From: a virus
Taxonomy: Duplodnaviria; Caudoviricetes
Strand: one strand, 5' to 3'
IMG/VR virus record: IMGVR_UViG_3300020171_000036
Location: 1 to 53,183 of that record
Length of the DNA: 53,183 nucleotides
This document shows positions 47,001 through 53,183 of this stretch, piece after piece (within the stretch, counting starts at the first letter, position 1; each line of letters starts with the position of its first letter). The position numbers and the translations under genes were made by a program. The notes beneath the pieces are model-generated. The model was not told the DNA's origin, did not search any database, and saw only the letters and a list, made by a program, of their open reading frames with translations.

Positions 47001-50000
47001 ATTATGTAGATAGTTATAAAGCAAAAACACTTACTCTTGGGCAAATAAATAAAGAAACCGGAATTAAACGTTCAGGTCGTGAATTAGAAGTTGCCTTGAG
47101 TGATGCTAACCATGATTATACTGTGGCTTTAAAACATCTTAGGGAGCTTGAAGAAGCCAAAGAAGCCAAGCCTGCTGAAAAACCAACAGAAAGAATAAAT
47201 AAAGATACAATAATTTTAAAAGCTAAAGATACTCCTCGCAAAACATCAGACATTCCAGGCGTATATTTATCTGCCGATAAAAAATATGCAGGGGCTTACG
47301 CTAATGGTGAGGTTAAAGCAGCCCATCAGCGTGGCACATTAACACCAGAAAACGGTGCAATAATAGAAGTTAAAATTGATTCAGAAGAATCTATTGGCTT
47401 TGGTGATGTTATGCAAAGCCTTGAAAAAGACGACGTATATGACCTGCTAATTGAATCTGGAGTTGATGAAGAAACAGCCGAAAGATTATCTACAGAACCC
47501 AAAGATGCAGCGGATTATATTGACGTTGCTTCTGGAACTTCTTGGATGCAGAGAGGAATGGGCTATGATGAAGTCTTTAGAAATAATATTAAATGGGGCG
47601 ATATTGTTAAAATAGAAATCTTTAAAGATGGCAAGCTCGATAAAACCATAAAAGGTGGAGCTGAAATTGAGGCGGGCGAAATAACTTTTTATACTGGCAC
47701 TCCATACACAGAACATCTTGAAGTATTAGAAGCCAAGCCTGCCGAAAAACCAGCCGGAGAAAGGAAGCCTTATGAAGTTGCCGGAAGAGAAGCCGAAGCC
47801 AAAGAAGCCGTACCCAGTCCCGAAGGAAGGGTTGATTATACCAAAGGGCGAGCTGAAACAGAGTACCCAGAAATCGTATCCGATAGAGCAGGAAGTTATG
47901 AGTCAGGAGTAAAGACTATTGTTGCTCCACAAGATGCCGCTGCTTTTGCTCACCTTAATTTGTCAAAATATCCACAAGAACATTTAGCTACTCTAATACT
48001 TGATAAAGACCATAAGATAATATCAGTACATAGATACAGTATAGGTACGGCTGGCAGGTCGTTTGCTACACCTTCAATATTGGCAGGACATGCTTTAAAT
48101 ACTCCGGATGCTGCAAGCATTATAATTGTGCATAATCATCCATCTGGCGATCCGTTTTTATCTAAGGCAGACGATATGGTATTCAGGGCATTAAAAAATA
48201 CCCTAAAGGGAACTAAGGTTAAAGCACACGACATGATCGCTGTGGGCGTCAATGAATATAGTTCCTATATGGAAGGTTCTCCTGCAAGGCAAACAATACC
48301 AGAAGTCAAAGCAAAATATGAAATCCCAATGGTTGAAAGGGTCTTTAAACAAAAAGGTAAAAATTTATACCGTCTTTCTTTTCCGCAAGAGGTAAAGGAT
48401 TTTGGAAAGAACAATCTTCCAGAAGGCGGCTTGATTCTTCTTAATAATGCTAATGATGCAGTCGGGACATTACCTATTTCAGATTATTCACGTCTAAGAG
48501 AAGGTATGTCGGAAACCATTCTAAAACAAGTAGATGCTACAAACGCTATAAGCATAATAGCCTATAATTCTAACATTGAAATTCCAGCACTCGACAAGAC
48601 AAACCTCAAGAAGTTTGCCAATGCAACAGGGCTAAAATTACTTGACGTTATTGATTCTAAGGGTTCTTGGCAAGAACAAGGATTGATGCCGGTTACTGAA
48701 GATGAGATTTTCTACTCGACCAAGCAACAAATATCCGACTCAGAAATAACCCTATCTCAAGTACGTAATCTATTCAAATCACCATCCGGTTTATCCAAAG
48801 ATGGCAACATCTGGGTAAGGCTTTCATCCGGTTACGGCTTCCAAGTCAAAAGTGTACAACACATAAGCGAAAACAAGCTGGCCTTTGAGACAGCACGTGG
48901 CCGGATGAGGCTTGACGGCGAAATGATAGCAGGTAAGTTTGAGGACGATACTATTGAGATAGTTCGAGGAATAGGCGATAAATGGACTCTATATCACGAA
49001 TCAGAGCACATGGTGGAAAAGGCAGGTCTTATTACGCCATTTGAAATTAACGTGCTTAAGCGTAAGATTAAAAGCCTTACTGAGCAAGGAAAGTTTAAGA
49101 CACAGAACGAAAAAGATATAGGCGGTCAGGAAGACCGGGCGTACTTTATTGAGACAGAGTTAAATAAGAGATCATCTTATGCCGGAACAGTACAGCGTAT
49201 CTTAAATAAGATTGCTGATTGGATTGACTCGCTGGTGAATTTGTTTACTGCTACTTCACGAGGGGTAACAAGAGCCTTCGAAAGTGGCAAAATCTTCCAG
49301 AGAAAAGCCGGCGCAGAAACTTCAGGCATTAATCAGTTCGCTCAGGATGTGAGTTTTTCTTTGAAGAAGGCTGTTGCTAATATTCGAGATAATCCTAAGT
49401 TCAATAGATGGTTTAAGAAGAGTCAGGTTGTGGATGAGTATGGTAATCCATTGCCGGTTTATCATGGAACGAAAGCTATAATTGACAGATTTAAGCATGA
49501 TGAAAAAAGGTTTGATGATAGATTAATATTCTTTACTAAAAGTGCAGATTTTGCAGAAGAATGGGCAAGGGGCAGACAGGCTAATAAACCACCCAGAAAT
49601 TATAGCTGGACTGAACAAGACCAAAAGAAATTAGATGATCATTGGAAAGATTTCCATAAGATTTCAGATGAATTATATAAAACAGATAAAGCTAAGTGGA
49701 CTGAAAAATATGACAAACTAAAAGCAACTGAACCAAGAAGAAAATATACCGAAGAAAGAGAAGCCGATGTTTCCATATATCCTGTATATATCTCAGCTCA
49801 AAATATATTTAATCCAGTTGAAGATTATAAAGCTATTGAACCATTGCTCAAAACCATGGAAGGGATGCAGGGTGTTATAGAAAAAGGACTTCATAAAGAA
49901 GGGAATTGGCTTATATATGAGAATAAAACCGTCATAGATTGGCTTGAATCAAAGGGTTATGACGGAGTTTATATAAAAGAATCAGCATTTACTGGAGCAC

Positions 50001-53000
50001 CACACGATACAATAGCGGTATGGAATCCCACCCAAATAAAATCCATATTCAACACAGAATTTGACCCAACTAACCCTGATATAAGATACGCAATGGCAGG
50101 CGAGAAAGCCATAGGCGCACCTACTGGCGCACTTGCTAAAGCTCAGGAAATGCTTGCTGAAGGTAAGAGCGAGAAAGAGGTTTGGAAGGAAACCGGATGG
50201 CTCAAGGGCGCTGAAGGAAAGTGGAAGTGGGAGATTGATGATAGTGGAGCAAAGTTAAAAGACTTAGGACTTGGTAAGCAGATACATAAACTGGGTGATG
50301 TCCTTGATCATAAAAAATTATATGATTCATATCCTCAATTAAAAGAAATTCGTATTCATTCAAACCTTGACCCTAAAGATACATGGGGAAGTGGTTCTTA
50401 TTTTCATGGCGAAGGATTAGAGGGGGAAATTCTTTCAAGAAACAGAATAATGCTTGATGGCAATCCTAATAAAGCAGAGGAATTTCTTTTTCACGAAATC
50501 GCACATGCCATTCAAAACATCTCAGGTTTTGCTAAGGGCGGAAGTCCTGAAATAGCCTCAGCAGATGCAGTCATGCCTTATGATAACACAATGCGAGATT
50601 TCCAAAAACAAATAGATGATCTTGCTTTTGATAAAGGATTAGATTGGGATTCTCCTGAAGTAAAAGATATTCGGGACAAAAGAGAGGAGTACACTAAAAC
50701 ATTTTTAATAAAAAAATATGGTGAAGATTTTGGCATGGAAATGTATCATAATCTTGCCGGTGAAATAGAAGCCAGAGACACAGCCGCCCGTGCTAAATTA
50801 ACCGCTGAAGAACGTAGAGAAACCATGCCTTACGAAGCGCAGGGCATACCTCGTGAAGACTGGATAGTGACTGATGGGAAGGGGACGAGTTTTAGTATTG
50901 AACTGAAGGAAGCGCCTAAATTCGCTACAAAAGAACTTAAAGCATACAACGAGCAACACGCAACACCATTAGTTGACGACCTAATAAATAGAACAAAAAC
51001 AGATAATCTTGATGCTGTAAAAAGCGACCCCGATGAAACAAAGTCGTTTATTCGAGATGTTAGAGAGTCGGTCGGTAAGGCTACTGGCAGGTTTAGTTCT
51101 GAGGTTATATCTATTCGTGATATGAAATGGTATCATGTAGCATTAGAAACGCCTTATGTATTGGCTAAGAAGTTTAAGAGCATGAATAGTGCTGTAAAAA
51201 CAGAAATCAAACGGCATGAAAGTCGTGCTAAAAAACTGTTTAAATACTATCATGGCGAACTCGATGTTCTCCAAAAACACATGCAAAAAAACCCAGAAGA
51301 TTTAAAGGCTTATGAAGATTTAATCTGGAAATGGGAAGACAAAAGAATGCCTGAATCAGAAGTACCTACAGACTGGTATTCTATTGAAGATGGCGATTTA
51401 AAAATCAATCCACGGCATTATGTTGAGGTTAGAAACTACCTAAAGAAACAAGGTGTTAAAGATGCTGTTGCTGATGGGTTTATAACTATAAGAAAGATAC
51501 TTGATAATGTATTGGTAGAAGCTGACTCGGTTATGAAGGGTTCTAATGTTGATGAAAGCGACTTGCAGGAATTTAGGAAAAGCATAGGCAAAACCCATAA
51601 CTATTTCTCACATACTCGTGATGGGGATGCGTATATCAGGATAAAGGATAAAAATACAGGAAAAACAGTTTACAGAGAACACTTCTACAAAATTAAAGAA
51701 CGTCTGTTGCCTTTGAACAAAATGGCAAAAGCAAGAACAATAAGCTGGCTTAAAGAACAACTTTCTTCTGGTGAATTAAAAGGCTCGATGTCTGATTATG
51801 ACATTTCACCGGCAAGAGAGGTTACTAAACTTCCAGATGAGATTTTCTTTCAGATTCCGGTAGAAGCATTAAGCCAGATTTCAATGGAAGCTGGAAAAGG
51901 ACTTGCTGCATCGAGGACTCATTATGAAGCATTACGGTTAATGAAAAAGGAAGGTCTTAGCGAAAAAGAAGCTCATGCAAAAGCGAACAAAATACTTACC
52001 GCTGATATGGAAAGACATCTTGCCAGAGCTATTGCCGATGTTTTAAAGACACGAGGTTGGGGTGCACATGCTATTGCGAGGCAAGGTACGCCAGGCTTTA
52101 AAACGACTGATACTTTTGATACATTATTCCAATATCTATCAGGTTACTCAGGGTTTATAACTAAAATTGAAGCTACAAAAGAACACAGCAAAACTCTGCA
52201 AGCAATGAATGCAAAGCAAACTCCGAATGAGTACAGATATACGTCAGACTATATCAGAGACATGCTTGCCAACACAGATAAAACAGACCAGATGGTTGAC
52301 AGGTTAAGGGGTATCTTTTTCGTTAAATATTTAGGTGGTGTGGTTAAATCAGGAATTGTCAATCTCACACAAAACGTTGTTATGGCGGGGCCTATATTGT
52401 CACAATACACAAAGGGGTCTCATTTTAAACTTGCCAAAGCAATGAGAGATGTCCGCAAGGCTGTTACCGGAAAGAACGCATGGATGGGGAAAGAAACACA
52501 GTATGGCCAACTGGCAGAGAACGAACAAAGAGCGTTGACTGAAATGGTTGAAACTGGAGCAGCACAGGACTTATTCCTTCGGGAATTAAAGGGTGAAATC
52601 CCTGGAACAGGCTGGGGCAAATACGTCAAAAAGGTTATAGACAAATCTGGTATTTTCATGCAAGTCGCTGAAAAGTTTAACCGAGCAAGCACAGGGTTGG
52701 CGGCATACAGAATAGCTTTTAATGAGGGCGTAACTTTCGAGGAAAAACAAACTAAAGGAGACCATAATTTATCAGTAGAATTTACTAAAAAGGCAATCTA
52801 TGATTCTCATTTCCTCTACGGCAAGTCTAATCTTCCGGCTGCGTTCAGGGGCGGGGACTTCCGTAAGGTCGCAAGGGCAACATATACATTCAGGTCATTC
52901 ACCCATAACTATCTTGATATAATGGCTGATTTAGTTGCTAATCAAGGCACGCAAGGGTTAAAGGTGGCAGGCAGAAGCCTAATAAACATAATGGCTCTTG

Positions 53001-53183
53001 GAGGATTAACTTCAATACCGTTTTTTACCGCCTTATCTTCAGTAATTATGTCTGCCATGGGGGATGATGATGAAGATGCTTTAACTAAAATTAGGGGCAT
53101 GATGCCGAATAAGTTTATGCAGGACATGATGGTGTATGGTCTCTCTGGTGCTGTTGGCGGTGTTGATTTATCTGGTTCTTTAA
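44081..53183 (+). CDS. giant polyvalent internal virion protein (>3030 aa, truncated by window end)
   Basis: Same frame from MPELLKYSPDEWEE to the end at every point checked; RadC/JAB HNHPSGD (~48130), HESEH (~48995), ART YHGT (~49460), LPD23-like EVWKETGW...WEIDD with HEIAH (~50490). Confidence 0.88.
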   Translation, partial: MPELLKYSPDEWEEVPLGVLSVPTGLPVGFDPNEWEELPMGASIQPPAEKEEPGMLGTIGRGLTHGIIGLGESIGAGTQWLGERIGSETVAKAGEIASNYYEKVAEPFGPPESIAGKNVIDDPGLLADATYWLYNVPEMLPAFGAAIASSLFMPEITVAKNAPKIISSLAKLSKYFPAFVTGGGLEAAQTYKQTLKSGASEESAARSAELMFLGAGVLNAIGTGKILEAAGAGFKGRVLKTLGAGVWEGITEGLEEPTEVFSKYIGKYLAGEKLPNDLKAQLLESLKSAATVAPIAAVTGFGGSTLGGTRVGKPTIDEVDTFKKAVDSGEFEKGITGGDITPEIVEDIATNIEKTDAELADKVRSFLTKPETPEGYEEIAPIESVSPEFQEMRRAKKEEADKSFEELQRRINVLNLKKGRALTDEELLQERVAVLAEKEPSRIEQAVDAFEELPMTEGMKREVLMRKFQPSPKEVSAGKEQILAKVQEVKDQKLQARTITEGIFGTKEGQAFKNKGSASLNKVRMEKDHGVEFEPVEVEGGWGLQRKEVAPEKAEAVKEPNLNQPISANKGNIRAWFKEPKNWENKERLTYKEVVEQIAKDKSIEIRKTEKAIDPSRPLGDIETKYSIYVDGKYARDLPEFAYKYYEKVAKPQPTAIPAEAKPEAAGLTIEGKAIPEAKAKAWKIEFDKTYKKSEFTEAERWDEFKAFSQKSYADDFPISEHFEMWMKKPAPKEAKAEVAEKTEGKVEIETTPEGKEVTVDLTKKEETALTPKQQKEYLLAEIDKAIESGLKEAGFDNTMEVAKELLKKNINALHGVETVYIFEVPNDGTFEIVGSQLFEFQKQVTKTFPSTIISPKFKPSAPPKKAVPAAKYKNIIDRAYGVTSEKLKPENIDGLFESVADTEVRGTDRAIHLNAFQNWLLSQDITQSVRDRIRSVAGKDYIEEARVKIETQDLGYAMSMVEHRREAAYELQDYVDSYKAKTLTLGQINKETGIKRSGRELEVALSDANHDYTVALKHLRELEEAKEAKPAEKPTERINKDTIILKAKDTPRKTSDIPGVYLSADKKYAGAYANGEVKAAHQRGTLTPENGAIIEVKIDSEESIGFGDVMQSLEKDDVYDLLIESGVDEETAERLSTEPKDAADYIDVASGTSWMQRGMGYDEVFRNNIKWGDIVKIEIFKDGKLDKTIKGGAEIEAGEITFYTGTPYTEHLEVLEAKPAEKPAGERKPYEVAGREAEAKEAVPSPEGRVDYTKGRAETEYPEIVSDRAGSYESGVKTIVAPQDAAAFAHLNLSKYPQEHLATLILDKDHKIISVHRYSIGTAGRSFATPSILAGHALNTPDAASIIIVHNHPSGDPFLSKADDMVFRALKNTLKGTKVKAHDMIAVGVNEYSSYMEGSPARQTIPEVKAKYEIPMVERVFKQKGKNLYRLSFPQEVKDFGKNNLPEGGLILLNNANDAVGTLPISDYSRLREGMSETILKQVDATNAISIIAYNSNIEIPALDKTNLKKFANATGLKLLDVIDSKGSWQEQGLMPVTEDEIFYSTKQQISDSEITLSQVRNLFKSPSGLSKDGNIWVRLSSGYGFQVKSVQHISENKLAFETARGRMRLDGEMIAGKFEDDTIEIVRGIGDKWTLYHESEHMVEKAGLITPFEINVLKRKIKSLTEQGKFKTQNEKDIGGQEDRAYFIETELNKRSSYAGTVQRILNKIADWIDSLVNLFTATSRGVTRAFESGKIFQRKAGAETSGINQFAQDVSFSLKKAVANIRDNPKFNRWFKKSQVVDEYGNPLPVYHGTKAIIDRFKHDEKRFDDRLIFFTKSADFAEEWARGRQANKPPRNYSWTEQDQKKLDDHWKDFHKISDELYKTDKAKWTEKYDKLKATEPRRKYTEEREADVSIYPVYISAQNIFNPVEDYKAIEPLLKTMEGMQGVIEKGLHKEGNWLIYENKTVIDWLESKGYDGVYIKESAFTGAPHDTIAVWNPTQIKSIFNTEFDPTNPDIRYAMAGEKAIGAPTGALAKAQEMLAEGKSEKEVWKETGWLKGAEGKWKWEIDDSGAKLKDLGLGKQIHKLGDVLDHKKLYDSYPQLKEIRIHSNLDPKDTWGSGSYFHGEGLEGEILSRNRIMLDGNPNKAEEFLFHEIAHAIQNISGFAKGGSPEIASADAVMPYDNTMRDFQKQIDDLAFDKGLDWDSPEVKDIRDKREEYTKTFLIKKYGEDFGMEMYHNLAGEIEARDTAARAKLTAEERRETMPYEAQGIPREDWIVTDGKGTSFSIELKEAPKFATKELKAYNEQHATPLVDDLINRTKTDNLDAVKSDPDETKSFIRDVRESVGKATGRFSSEVISIRDMKWYHVALETPYVLAKKFKSMNSAVKTEIKRHESRAKKLFKYYHGELDVLQKHMQKNPEDLKAYEDLIWKWEDKRMPESEVPTDWYSIEDGDLKINPRHYVEVRNYLKKQGVKDAVADGFITIRKILDNVLVEADSVMKGSNVDESDLQEFRKSIGKTHNYFSHTRDGDAYIRIKDKNTGKTVYREHFYKIKERLLPLNKMAKARTISWLKEQLSSGELKGSMSDYDISPAREVTKLPDEIFFQIPVEALSQISMEAGKGLAASRTHYEALRLMKKEGLSEKEAHAKANKILTADMERHLARAIADVLKTRGWGAHAIARQGTPGFKTTDTFDTLFQYLSGYSGFITKIEATKEHSKTLQAMNAKQTPNEYRYTSDYIRDMLANTDKTDQMVDRLRGIFFVKYLGGVVKSGIVNLTQNVVMAGPILSQYTKGSHFKLAKAMRDVRKAVTGKNAWMGKETQYGQLAENEQRALTEMVETGAAQDLFLRELKGEIPGTGWGKYVKKVIDKSGIFMQVAEKFNRASTGLAAYRIAFNEGVTFEEKQTKGDHNLSVEFTKKAIYDSHFLYGKSNLPAAFRGGDFRKVARATYTFRSFTHNYLDIMADLVANQGTQGLKVAGRSLINIMALGGLTSIPFFTALSSVIMSAMGDDDEDALTKIRGMMPNKFMQDMMVYGLSGAVGGVDLSGSL

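Noticed and set aside
44470-53127. Short minus-strand ORFs listed in the track across the last 9 kb
   Set aside because: They lie antisense to the giant plus-strand ORF, which carries recognisable domains.

Overview
Most of a tailed dsDNA phage genome with podovirus-like architecture. Order: lysis genes (lysozyme, holin); a leftward early operon of many small ORFs plus a GIY-YIG protein and a Cas4-like exonuclease; a rightward operon (Cro-like HTH, small ORFs, MT-A70 methylase, PD-(D/E)XK nuclease, replication initiator, DnaB, HNH proteins, N4/N6 DNA methylase); a small leftward gene cluster behind a sigma54-like promoter; packaging genes; portal, scaffold and N4-gp56-like major capsid; tail and ejection genes; and a >3000-aa polyvalent protein (missing from the ORF track) that runs off the right end. 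No integrase, CRISPR array or reverse transcriptase is visible. Most unusual features: (1) a terminase intein with an HNH endonuclease overprinted in another reading frame with its own RBS; (2) a class-3-type portal intein starting with Arg; (3) a ~23-30 bp repeat at gene junctions with stops in all three frames plus an ATG, suggesting a gene-cassette system; (4) a 146-nt expanded tRNA-like RNA; (5) an otherwise intact methylase with TGATGA inserted right after SPPYW; (6) two large structured intergenic RNA candidates; (7) recurring GACAA-loop hairpins before virion genes; (8) dif/Xer-like sites. All calls come from motif recognition by eye; no searches were run.
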